64,000 bases of DNA from Clostridium sp. CAG:245 (lineage in GTDB: Bacteria > Bacillota > Clostridia > TANB77 > CAG-508): assembly GCA_000435175.1 (NCBI GenBank), contig FR880073.1:1625-65624 (forward strand). Direction: 5' to 3'. The stretch's first letter is position 1, and the number at the start of each line of letters is the position of its first letter. The notes under the pieces are model-generated. The model had not been told where the DNA came from, did not search any database, and saw only the letters and a program-made list of their open reading frames with translations. Both the position numbers and the translations under genes were made by a program. This document shows, piece by piece, positions 9,381 to 18,359 of the stretch.

Positions 9381-10340
9381 ATGAATCAAATTTTAGTGAC
9401 GAAAAATGATAAATCAAAAAAGGTAAAAGAAAAGAAGGTGCGAGAACCAAAGGCACCAGGGGATATTACTGGTGTTGCAAAAGCTTTTGCTGGAATAATT
9501 CTTTTGTTTGGATTAGCTTTATCTGCTGATGGAGCTTATGCTTATACAAAAAACGTGGAACTTGCTAAAAATACTAAAGCACCAATTGTTTCTGTTTTAA
9601 AAACCGGAAATACAGCAAAATTATCTATTGAATGTACCAGCGGAATAAGAACAGTATCATTTACATGGAACAATTCTAATCCTACAATTGTTCAAGGACG
9701 TGGCAATAAAATATTGGAGCAAATAATATCAATTCCATCTGGAGAGAATAACAAATTAAATATAACAGTTATAGATTCTAACGGACAGACAAAGAGATAT
9801 GTAAAGACTTTAAACCAGGATGCAAAAGATATTACAGAACCAGTAATAACTATTGAAGGCATAAATTCTAATATAAAAATTACTGTAACAGATGATACGG
9901 CAATAGATTATGTAACATATAAATATGGTGATTCACAAGAAGTTACAATCAACGCAGAAGAAGAGGGGCAAACAACAATAGAAGAAACAATTCCTGCACA
10001 GCAAGGGGAAGCAACACTTACGATAGAAGCTGTTGATAAGGCTCAAAATGTTGCTACAAAAGAGCAAAAAATAAAAGGAACAAAACGTCCTACGGTAGAA
10101 GTAAAACGAGATCCTAATGATGCATCATACATATTAATAAAAGCAACAGATGATGATGGCTTAAGATTACTTTGCTACGACTTAAATGGACAAGGATATA
10201 CAACAGACCCTAATATTTCAATAAATGATACAAAATTTGAATATAGACAAAAGCTTGATTCTGGAACAAATAAAATATCTTTACGTGTTTATAATATAAA
10301 TGAACAAGTAACTGAATTTAATGCAGAATATGAAAACTAA
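9381..10340 (+). CDS. Membrane-anchored protein with three Ig-like ~75-aa repeats (hypothetical)
   Basis: ATG 9381 with SD AAGGAAGG. Lys-rich N-terminus, then TM segment AFAGIILLFGLALSA. Repeats have the pattern ...KITVTDDTAIDYVTY... and ...LIKATDDDGLRLLCY.... Confidence 0.55.
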   Translation: MNQILVTKNDKSKKVKEKKVREPKAPGDITGVAKAFAGIILLFGLALSADGAYAYTKNVELAKNTKAPIVSVLKTGNTAKLSIECTSGIRTVSFTWNNSNPTIVQGRGNKILEQIISIPSGENNKLNITVIDSNGQTKRYVKTLNQDAKDITEPVITIEGINSNIKITVTDDTAIDYVTYKYGDSQEVTINAEEEGQTTIEETIPAQQGEATLTIEAVDKAQNVATKEQKIKGTKRPTVEVKRDPNDASYILIKATDDDGLRLLCYDLNGQGYTTDPNISINDTKFEYRQKLDSGTNKISLRVYNINEQVTEFNAEYEN

Positions 10341-10352
10341 AAAAACAAGATG

Positions 10353-10379
10353 AGGTTGAATTAAATTCAGCCTAATTTT
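10353..10379 (+). terminator. Rho-independent terminator
   Basis: 9-bp stem aggttgaat / attcagcct followed by TTTT. Confidence 0.45.
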
Positions 10380-10499
10380 GCTGTAAAAGGCTATTCATAT
10401 AAAACAATATTATAATTAATAAATGAAAAATAATATCTAGTAACATGGTTTATAGGTAGAACCATAAAACCTAAATAATAATAAGGAACGTACTTAAAT

Positions 10500-11423
10500 A
10501 TGCATACCGTATATATAATTGATGATGATGAAAATTTGAAAAATAAACTGAATGAAGAATTTAAAAAAGATGATAATTATAAGTTTAAGCAAATAAGAAC
10601 AGAAGAAATTGATGTAGCGTTGAAAGATATACCAGCACTAATAATTGTAAATGAAGATACAATTTCGGAAAAGGCAACAGAGGTATGCCAAAAGATAAGA
10701 AACAATGATGATAATTCTATAACTCCTGTAATAGTTGTAACTTCAGAATATGAGAGAGAACATAAGTTGGAAATATTAAAGGCTGCGGCAACGTATTATA
10801 TAAAAAATCCTTTAGATTATGAATATTTATATTATACAATTACAAACATAATAAACCTTTTATACATAAATAGGAAAGTTAGCCCTCTAACAAATTTGCC
10901 GGGAAATGTACAGATACAGGCGGAAATGAAAAAACGTTTATTAAAAAAGCAATTTTTTGTTATGCTTTATATAGATTTAGACAATTTCAAGGCATATAAT
11001 GATGTTTATGGATTTTCAAATGGAGATGAAATAATAAAATTTACTGCTAGAACGATTTCTAGAAATGTTCACTCAAAGTGTGAAGATAATAATTTTGTTG
11101 GACATATTGGTGGAGATGATTTTATAGCAATAGTTGAAGATGAAGACTATGAGAGAATCTGTCAAAACATTGTATTAGAGTTTGACAAAAATGTAAAAAA
11201 GTATTTTTCGGAAGAAGATGTTGAAAAGGGTTATCTAGAAGTACCGAATAGAAAAGGTATAATAGAGGAATTTCCATTAACAACTATATCTGTCGGAGCG
11301 GTGGAAGTGGATCCAGGAAGATTCCATAATACATTAGAAATTGGAGAAGCAGGAGCACAAGTAAAACATTTATCTAAAACAATTCCAGGAAGTACATATG
11401 TAATAGATAGAAGAAAACACTAA
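10500..11423 (+). CDS. Response-regulator receiver domain fused to a GGDEF-family domain (GGDDF variant)
   Basis: REC-like N-terminus (IIDDDEN, VIVVTSE, YYIKNP). C-terminal half YIDLDNFKAYNDVYGFSNGDEII...VGHIGGDDFIAIV is a GGDEF fold with signature GGDDF. Confidence 0.75.
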   Translation: MHTVYIIDDDENLKNKLNEEFKKDDNYKFKQIRTEEIDVALKDIPALIIVNEDTISEKATEVCQKIRNNDDNSITPVIVVTSEYEREHKLEILKAAATYYIKNPLDYEYLYYTITNIINLLYINRKVSPLTNLPGNVQIQAEMKKRLLKKQFFVMLYIDLDNFKAYNDVYGFSNGDEIIKFTARTISRNVHSKCEDNNFVGHIGGDDFIAIVEDEDYERICQNIVLEFDKNVKKYFSEEDVEKGYLEVPNRKGIIEEFPLTTISVGAVEVDPGRFHNTLEIGEAGAQVKHLSKTIPGSTYVIDRRKH

Positions 11424-11514
11424 ATATTTGGAAGTAAAAAAATTTGATTAAAGTTTAATAGTAGGAATGAGCGAAAACTTTATTTTAATATATTATAAAA
11501 TATGACAAAAAATG

Positions 11515-11546
11515 ATGAGAAAATGTAAAATTCTCATTATTTTTTT
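11515..11546 (+). terminator. Rho-independent terminator
   Basis: 7-bp stem atgagaa / ttctcat followed by a T-run (tattttttt). Confidence 0.45.
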
Positions 11547-11660
11547 ACCATAAAATAAAAATTTGTAGAAATTGGTAATAATTTGACTTACGATTTAAAT
11601 TGACTTTAAAATTGGACTACCTTATAATTAAAGTAATTTAATTGAAGGGAAAGTGATTAT

Positions 11661-12620
11661 ATGAGAAAAATAAACACAGTGAAAGAACTGGTAGATTTTG
11701 CATACAATAGGTACAAAACTAAAAAGGCAATAACAATAGAAAGTGACTATATAAAAAATATAAACTATTTCAATTTTAGGTTTGATATATATTCAATGGC
11801 AAGAGTAATAAAATCAAAAGAAAACCAAATACGAAATAATAAAATAGCGATAATATCAGAATTCAGATATGAATTTTTAGTAACATATCTCGCAAACATA
11901 ATGGTAAACAATGCTGTAATATTAATAGATAATAAACTTAGCAAAAATGCAATGGAAAAAGTAATAAAAAAATATAATATAAACACAATATTTTTTTCAA
12001 GTACATATAAAGAAAAAATCTTAGAAATAATAAAAAATAATAATTGTAATAATTTTAACCTAATAAATTTTGATTCTGAAAATCAATTCCCAATTATAGA
12101 ATACGAAAAACTAATAAACATAGGAAGATACATAGAAAATTATAGTATAGATAATCTTTCAAAAGAAGAAAACCGAGAGAAGAGCACTATAATAGTAAGC
12201 TTAGCAGGAGAAAAGAAATATTCTCAACAAGAGTTTATAGAAAGTGCAAATGTAATTGCTAAAACTGCAAGAATAAGAAAAAGAAAAGAGATGAATGCCT
12301 TAGAACAGGTAAATACATTTTACGAAGTAGTAATAGGTATAATTTTGCCAATGATTTGTGGGTTAAATACAAAATATTTTGCAGATAATGAACTTATAAA
12401 AAATGATTTATTAATAATAGAAGAAAATAATAAGAATATGGTAATTTTGTATAGAAAACATAAATATTTAGTTGAACATACAGGAATAAATACATATGTA
12501 GCAAGAGCAGAAGAAAACTTGCCAGCAAGAGAACACAAGAAAGATACTCAAAATTTTGTATTAATTAAAACAGATAAAAAAGACAGGATAAAGAATAATA
12601 AAAGTCAAGCTACAGTATAA
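11661..12620 (+). CDS. Hypothetical protein resembling the N-terminal half of adenylate-forming (AMP-dependent) ligases, without the P-loop motif
   Basis: Pattern KKAITIES...NYFNFRFDIYSMARVI...NKIAIISEFRYEFLVTYLANIMVNNAVILID...MEKVIKKYNINTIFFSS resembles acyl-CoA synthetase N-termini. No TSGTTGxPKG-type motif seen. Confidence 0.3.
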   Translation: MRKINTVKELVDFAYNRYKTKKAITIESDYIKNINYFNFRFDIYSMARVIKSKENQIRNNKIAIISEFRYEFLVTYLANIMVNNAVILIDNKLSKNAMEKVIKKYNINTIFFSSTYKEKILEIIKNNNCNNFNLINFDSENQFPIIEYEKLINIGRYIENYSIDNLSKEENREKSTIIVSLAGEKKYSQQEFIESANVIAKTARIRKRKEMNALEQVNTFYEVVIGIILPMICGLNTKYFADNELIKNDLLIIEENNKNMVILYRKHKYLVEHTGINTYVARAEENLPAREHKKDTQNFVLIKTDKKDRIKNNKSQATV

Positions 12621-12871
12621 CAAAAGTTAATATATAGCATAATAGATAAAAATTACTGAAATTTTAGATTTTATAGAGGAGCGTAGGAAATAGAGTAAAG
12701 ACTGAAAATTGAAAAGTTCAGATTTGCTATAATAGAAAAACTACTGAGAAAAATAATGCTTTTAGACATATTTATATGGTGTAAATAACTGATTTGCTTT
12801 TAAAACTTAAATATTTGAGACTTTATAATGGTTTAGCAAAATTTTGAAAAAGGTTGAAATTAAGCGGAAAA

Positions 12872-12900
12872 TTGACAAATGCTTCAAAATAATGTAAAAT
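12872..12900 (+). promoter_or_regulatory. Sigma-A-type promoter upstream of gdpP
   Basis: TTGACA - 17 nt - TAAAAT, about 28 nt upstream of the ATG. Confidence 0.45.
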
Positions 12901-12927
12901 AGGTATATAAAGGTGGAGATAAAATAT

Positions 12928-14940
12928 ATGCCGAAAACTAAATTAAATTTAGATAAATTAATTTCGAGAACAAAAATATACTTGGTAGTAATTGCTATTA
13001 TATTGGTAATTTTATGCGTGGTTGAGCCTAAGGCAATAATACCATCTATTTTAGCGTACATTGCTATTTTTGTGTACACAATATGGTCAAATAATAAGAG
13101 AAAAACAGAAATCTCGGAGCATATTAATGAGCTTACTGTAAGTGTTGATAAAGCAGCACAAAGTACTATAATAAACTCGCCATTTCCATTAGTTGTTTTA
13201 GAAACGAATGGAAATATAATTTGGAAGAGTAGCAATTTTATTAAAGAGTTTGCCAATATAGATACTGGAACTACTTTAACAGACGTAATAAAAGAGCTAA
13301 AACTAAAAATTGAAAATGGAAAAAACACAAATAATATATCAATTTCTGAAAGTATGAAAATTGGTGATAAAAACTATAAGGTAATTGCAGAATATACAAA
13401 GCTTAGAGAAAAAGAGCATAAAAATTCATCAGAATATATGGCAACAGTATATTTTTTAGATGAGACAAACTATGTGAAATTGTTAGAAGAATACAATAAT
13501 TCTAGAACTTGTATAGGAATTATAGTATTAGATAATTACGAAGAATTGATGCAGAGAGTGACAGAAGAGGAAAAATTAAAAATCACTTCAAATGCAGAAA
13601 AAAACATATATTCTTGGGTGAATAAGTACGATGGATTACTTGTAAAGTCTGAAAGAGATACCTATGTATGCATATTTGATCAATTGAACTTAGAAAAAAT
13701 AAAAGAAGACAAATTTGAAATTTTAGATGAAATAAAAGAGATAAAGACTCAAGATAATATTCAATTAACATTGAGTATTGCAATTTCTGAAAATGAAAAA
13801 ACAAATTCAGAAGAATATAAATCGGCTAAGGCTGTAATAGACATAGCTTTAGGACGTGGCGGAGACCAGGCTATTATAAAGCAAAATGGTAAATACTACT
13901 TCTTTGGTGGTAGAACACAAGAAGTTGAAAAGCGTACAAGAGTTAAGGCAAGAATTGTTGCACAAGCATTAGAAGAATTGATGAATAGTGCAAGCAATGT
14001 TATAATAATGGGCCATACTAATAGTGATATAGATGCTATGGGCTCTGGAATGGGCGTGTATAGAATTGCAAAAACAATAGGAAAAGACGCTTATATTGTA
14101 AATGAAACAAATGGTACAAGCTTAGATAACTTTATAAATGATTTGAAAGATATAGAAGAATACAATGATGTTATAATTGACAAAGCTGAAGCTTTAAACA
14201 AAATAAGTGCAGATTCTTTATTAGTAGTAGTTGATACAGATAAGAAAAACTATGTTGAAGCTCCAGAATTACTAGACAAGACAGATAAAATTGTTGTAAT
14301 AGACCACCACAGAAGAGGAACAGATTATATAGAAAATGCAATACTTACATTCCACGAAGTATATGCATCATCTGCTTGTGAACTTGTAACAGAGCTTGTA
14401 GAATATGCTGAAAAAACGGTAAAACTTACCAAATTTGAGGTAGAAGCCTTGTATGCTGGAATAATGATGGATACAAAAAATTTTACATTTAAAACAGGTG
14501 TAAGAACTTTCGAAGCTGCAGCATTTTTAAGAAAATGTGGAGTAGATATTATAAAAGTAAAGAAATGGTTCCAAAGTGACCTAGAAACTTATAACAAAAT
14601 ATCTGAAATCGTTGCAAAATCAGAGATAATAGATGATACAATCGCGATTTCAATATATGACAAAGAAGATAGTGATGCAAACATCACATGTGCGAAAGCA
14701 GCAGACGAGTTATTAACAATAAGCAATATAACAGCATCATTCGTAATTGGAAAAATGGGTGACAAAATCTATATTAGTGGTAGATCTATTGGTGACATAA
14801 ATGTGCAATTAATACTAGAAAAACTTGGTGGCGGAGGACATATAACAGTTGCCGGAGCTCAAGTAGAAGGAATGACACAAGAAGAAGTAAAACAAGAATT
14901 AATAAATAGAATAAACGAATATTTTACAGAAATATCGTAA
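12928..14940 (+). CDS. gdpP: Cyclic-di-AMP phosphodiesterase GdpP (YybT family; DHH/DHHA1)
   Basis: Two N-terminal TM helices and a degenerate GGDEF region. DHH motifs (MGHTNSDIDAMGS, VVDTD, DHHRR) and DHHA1 GGGH. Conserved synteny gdpP-rplI-dnaB as in B. subtilis yybT-rplI-dnaC. Confidence 0.9.
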   Translation: MPKTKLNLDKLISRTKIYLVVIAIILVILCVVEPKAIIPSILAYIAIFVYTIWSNNKRKTEISEHINELTVSVDKAAQSTIINSPFPLVVLETNGNIIWKSSNFIKEFANIDTGTTLTDVIKELKLKIENGKNTNNISISESMKIGDKNYKVIAEYTKLREKEHKNSSEYMATVYFLDETNYVKLLEEYNNSRTCIGIIVLDNYEELMQRVTEEEKLKITSNAEKNIYSWVNKYDGLLVKSERDTYVCIFDQLNLEKIKEDKFEILDEIKEIKTQDNIQLTLSIAISENEKTNSEEYKSAKAVIDIALGRGGDQAIIKQNGKYYFFGGRTQEVEKRTRVKARIVAQALEELMNSASNVIIMGHTNSDIDAMGSGMGVYRIAKTIGKDAYIVNETNGTSLDNFINDLKDIEEYNDVIIDKAEALNKISADSLLVVVDTDKKNYVEAPELLDKTDKIVVIDHHRRGTDYIENAILTFHEVYASSACELVTELVEYAEKTVKLTKFEVEALYAGIMMDTKNFTFKTGVRTFEAAAFLRKCGVDIIKVKKWFQSDLETYNKISEIVAKSEIIDDTIAISIYDKEDSDANITCAKAADELLTISNITASFVIGKMGDKIYISGRSIGDINVQLILEKLGGGGHITVAGAQVEGMTQEEVKQELINRINEYFTEIS

Positions 14941-14978
14941 ATTTCGCCCAATAGGGACGCCCCTTTTGGGGTGAAAAA
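14939..14978 (+). repeat. Dispersed palindromic intergenic element, copy 2
   Basis: aatttcgcccaatagggacgccccttttggggtgaaaa, directly after the gdpP stop codon. Confidence 0.8.
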
Positions 14979-15056
14979 TATTTGAAAAAGGCAAGAAAAT
15001 GTTTTATTATTATCAATATAAAAAGCTTGTTATAATCAGAGTGAATAAGTTGATGG

Positions 15057-15091
15057 AGTATGTGTATCTGCGAGTACGCATACTTTTTTTC
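15057..15091 (+). terminator. Rho-independent terminator
   Basis: 8-bp stem agtatgtg / cgcatact (one G-U pair) followed by TTTTTTT. Confidence 0.55.
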
Positions 15092-15125
15092 GCAAAAATT
15101 AAAAAAAAGAGTAATATAAAAAATG

Positions 15126-15154
15126 TTTACAAATCTTAAATAAGATAGTAAAAT
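15126..15154 (+). promoter_or_regulatory. Sigma-A-type promoter upstream of rplI
   Basis: TTTACA - 17 nt - TAAAAT. Confidence 0.45.
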
Positions 15155-15189
15155 AGATGTGACACAAAAATAGGAAGGAGACAATTATT

Positions 15190-15636
15190 ATGAAGGTTAT
15201 TTTATTAGGTGATATAAAAGGAGTAGGAAAGAAAGATCAGGTTATTGAAGCAAGTGACGGATATGCACGTAATTTCTTATTTCCTAAAAAACTAGCTGTC
15301 GAAGCTAATAATGAAAATATGGGCAAATTAAAATCTAAGCAAGAGTCAAATAAATTTAGAAAAGATACCGAAAAGAAAGAAGCAGAAGAGCTTGCTAAGA
15401 AACTTACAGGAATTATGCTAAAAATTAAAGTAAGAGCTGGAGAAAATGGAAAAATCTTCGGAGGAGTTACAAGCAAAGAAATTTCTGAAGGATTAAAAAA
15501 GGATTATAAAATAGAGATAGATAAGAAAAAAATAATATTATCTGAAACTATCAAGACACTTGGAACTGTAACAGTTGATGTTAAATTGTATGAAGGTGTT
15601 ATGGGTAAGTTAAAGGTTGATATTATCGCAGAGTAA
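15190..15636 (+). CDS. rplI: 50S ribosomal protein L9
   Basis: MKVILLGDIKGVGKKDQVIEASDGYARNFLFPKKLA is the canonical L9 N-terminus. 148 aa. Confidence 0.95.
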   Translation: MKVILLGDIKGVGKKDQVIEASDGYARNFLFPKKLAVEANNENMGKLKSKQESNKFRKDTEKKEAEELAKKLTGIMLKIKVRAGENGKIFGGVTSKEISEGLKKDYKIEIDKKKIILSETIKTLGTVTVDVKLYEGVMGKLKVDIIAE

Positions 15637-15669
15637 CGTTGAAAAATAAACTATGAAAGGAAGATTGTA

Positions 15670-16998
15670 ATGGATTTAGGTAAAGTGCCACCACAGGATA
15701 TAGAAGCAGAGCAAGCTGTAATTGGAAGTATGCTTACAGACCAAGATGCAGTTAGTTCAGCTATTGAAACATTAAAACCAGAAGATTTTTATAGAGAAGA
15801 CAATAAAATAATTTATGAAGCTATTTTGAATATTTATAATAGGGCAGAGCCTATAGACATTATAACTCTAAAGGCAGAGCTCTCTTCTATGAACAAGTTA
15901 GAAGCCGTTGGAGGCCTAGAATATATTGCTGTTCTTCCAGATAAAGTTCCAACTACGGCAAATGTTGATAGATACATAAAAATAGTAGAAGAAAAGGCTA
16001 TGCTTAGAAATTTAATAAAAACTGCAAATGAAATTCTAAATATGGGGTATGAACCAACAGAAGAACCGGAAAGGGTTATGGATTTGGCTGAAAAGAAAAT
16101 TTTTGATGTTATGCAAAAAAAGAGCCAGAAGGGTTACACTCCAATTAAAGATGTTTTAGTTGAATCTTTTGCTAAGTTGGAAGAATTATATAATCAAAAA
16201 CAACACGTAACTGGTGTACCAACAGGATTTATTGACTTAGACAGAATGACTGCCGGACTTCACGGCTCTGAGTTTATATTAATTGCTGCTAGACCCGCAA
16301 TGGGAAAATCCGCATTTGCATTAAATATTGGTGCATATGCTGCTACAAGGGCAAACATTCCGGTTGCTATATTCAGCTTGGAAATGGCGAAAGATCAAGT
16401 TGCTAACAGAATTTTGTGCAGCGAAGCATTAGTTGATAGTAATGCTGTAAGAACTGGTGAATTAACAGATGAAGACCTAAGTAAGCTTGCAGAAACATCT
16501 GGGGAACTATCACAAGCACAAATTTTTATAGATGATACAGCAGGTATCTCTGTAATGGAAATACGTGCAAAATGTAGAAAATTAAAATTAGAAAAGAATA
16601 TAGGATTAGTAATAATCGACTATTTGCAACTTGTTCAAGGAAGTGGTAAAACGTCAAGCAGAGAGCAAGAAATTGCGGAGATCAGTAGATCTTTAAAAAT
16701 TCTTGCAAAAGAAATTGAAGTACCAGTAATTGCACTTTCACAGCTATCTAGAGCCGTTGAAGCAAGACCTGACCATAGACCTATGCTTTCAGACTTGCGT
16801 GAATCTGGTTCTATCGAGCAGGACGCTGATATAGTTATGTTCTTGTATAGAGACGACTATTATAATGAAGATTCAGAAAAGAAAAATCAAGCAGAAGTAA
16901 TAATAGCAAAGCAAAGAGCTGGTTCTACTGGAACTGTTGACCTAGCATGGCTTGGACAATATACTAAATTTGCTAACCTGGATAAATATAGAGAGTAA
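15670..16998 (+). CDS. dnaB: Replicative DNA helicase DnaB
   Basis: PPQDIEAEQAVIGSML N-terminus, Walker A ARPAMGKSAF, IIDYLQL, SQLSRAVE and RESGSIEQDAD motifs. Confidence 0.95.
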   Translation: MDLGKVPPQDIEAEQAVIGSMLTDQDAVSSAIETLKPEDFYREDNKIIYEAILNIYNRAEPIDIITLKAELSSMNKLEAVGGLEYIAVLPDKVPTTANVDRYIKIVEEKAMLRNLIKTANEILNMGYEPTEEPERVMDLAEKKIFDVMQKKSQKGYTPIKDVLVESFAKLEELYNQKQHVTGVPTGFIDLDRMTAGLHGSEFILIAARPAMGKSAFALNIGAYAATRANIPVAIFSLEMAKDQVANRILCSEALVDSNAVRTGELTDEDLSKLAETSGELSQAQIFIDDTAGISVMEIRAKCRKLKLEKNIGLVIIDYLQLVQGSGKTSSREQEIAEISRSLKILAKEIEVPVIALSQLSRAVEARPDHRPMLSDLRESGSIEQDADIVMFLYRDDYYNEDSEKKNQAEVIIAKQRAGSTGTVDLAWLGQYTKFANLDKYRE

Positions 16999-17060
16999 TT
17001 TTTTTAAGCTATAAATTATAATAATATACAGCTTGTAAAAAGTGAGGAATGAAATATTAT

Positions 17061-18053
17061 ATGGTAAAAGAAACAATATTAAATACAATAAAAAAGTATA
17101 ATTTAATAGAACCAAACGATACTATTATAGTGGCTGTTTCTGGTGGACCAGACTCGATGTGCCTATTGGATAATCTGATTGAATTAGAACAAGAATTACA
17201 AATAAAAAAGATAGTAGTTGCACATTTAAACCACATGATAAGAGAAGAAGCTAAATCTGAAACAGTATATGTGCAAGAATATTGTAAGAATAAAGAAATT
17301 GACTGCTATGTGAAATTTGTTGATATTTTGAAAAAATCAACAGAATTAAAGATTGGTACAGAAGAATGTGGAAGACGTGAAAGATATGCATTTTTTGATG
17401 AAATATCAGAAAAGGTTGGTGCAAATAAAATTGCAATTGCCCATAACCTTAACGACAATGCAGAAACAGTATTGATGCACATTTTAAGAGGAAGTGGAAT
17501 TTCTGGACTAGGAGGCATAAAACCATATAGAGAAGGAAAATTTATAAGGCCTCTAATAAAATGCGATAGAGCCGATATTGAAAATTATTGTGAAGAAAAA
17601 AATTTACAACCTAAATTTGACAAAACAAACAAAGATAATACTTACACAAGAAATAGAATAAGAAATGAACTTATTCCATATATTCAAAAGAAATTTAATC
17701 CAAATATAATAGAAACATTAGATAGACTTTCTGAACTTGTTTTAGATGAAGAAGATTACATGCAAAATGTTACGGAGGAAGCATTTACAGAGATTCTAAT
17801 AGAACAAGAAAACACAAAAATAGTTTTAGGCTTAAAAGAGTTTAATAAACTTGAATATGTAATAAAAACAAGAATAATAATGCAAACTACAAAAATATTA
17901 TTCGGAACATCGAATGGTATAGAAAAGAAACATGTAGAGGATATTATAAAATTATGTGGAAATAATATAGGAAATAAATTTTTGATGCCGAATAAATATT
18001 ATAAAATATCCGTAAAAGGCGGGAAAGTAAGTTTTGAAAAATTATCGTATTAA
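17061..18053 (+). CDS. tilS: tRNA(Ile)-lysidine synthetase TilS
   Basis: PP-loop VAVSGGPDSMCL and downstream AHNLNDNAETVLM. ATG 17061 is preferred over 17049, which lies only 1 nt after the SD. Confidence 0.9.
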   Translation: MVKETILNTIKKYNLIEPNDTIIVAVSGGPDSMCLLDNLIELEQELQIKKIVVAHLNHMIREEAKSETVYVQEYCKNKEIDCYVKFVDILKKSTELKIGTEECGRRERYAFFDEISEKVGANKIAIAHNLNDNAETVLMHILRGSGISGLGGIKPYREGKFIRPLIKCDRADIENYCEEKNLQPKFDKTNKDNTYTRNRIRNELIPYIQKKFNPNIIETLDRLSELVLDEEDYMQNVTEEAFTEILIEQENTKIVLGLKEFNKLEYVIKTRIIMQTTKILFGTSNGIEKKHVEDIIKLCGNNIGNKFLMPNKYYKISVKGGKVSFEKLSY

Positions 18054-18359
18054 TGACTGGAGCAAACTTATATTTAAAAAAAGTAAAACCCGAGCTCACA
18101 TTTTGAGGAGTCCGAAGGAGCTCCGACCAAGAACGATGTGTTGAAACTTAAAAAATATAAGTTTGTTCATAGTCAATATAAATATTCTTATTTCCGTAAG
18201 ATTTACGAAAATTTAACAATTTTGTAATAATAAACTTTGCCTGAAAGTATTGAAATAATGGCTTAAATGTGATATATTGCAAAATATCTGAAAGGAAAAA
18301 GTAATAATAAATATAACAAAAAATTATATTTATAGTATCAAACAAAAGGAGGAAATATT

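Noticed and set aside
15028-15091. Possible tiny transcript: an extended -10 box (TGtTATAAT at 15028-15036) followed about 20 nt later by a good terminator (15057-15091). It includes a 27-codon ORF starting at ATG 15053.
   Set aside because: There is no -35 box, no SD for the mini-ORF, and nothing conserved that I can verify. The hairpin is more simply explained as the real gdpP terminator. It would only be worth revisiting with RNA-seq.
14924-15184. 86-aa minus-strand ORF in the gdpP-rplI spacer.
   Set aside because: It runs through the palindromic element, a plus-strand terminator and the rplI promoter. It has no SD and its composition is AT-driven.
18088-18140. Resemblance of GAGUCCGAAGGAGCUCC to the conserved SRP RNA domain IV (GUCCGGAAGGAAGC).
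   Set aside because: The structured G+C-rich island is only about 55 nt, it lacks the rest of an SRP RNA (Alu or helix 5 pairing), and the match is short. It is kept only as an unexplained structured island.
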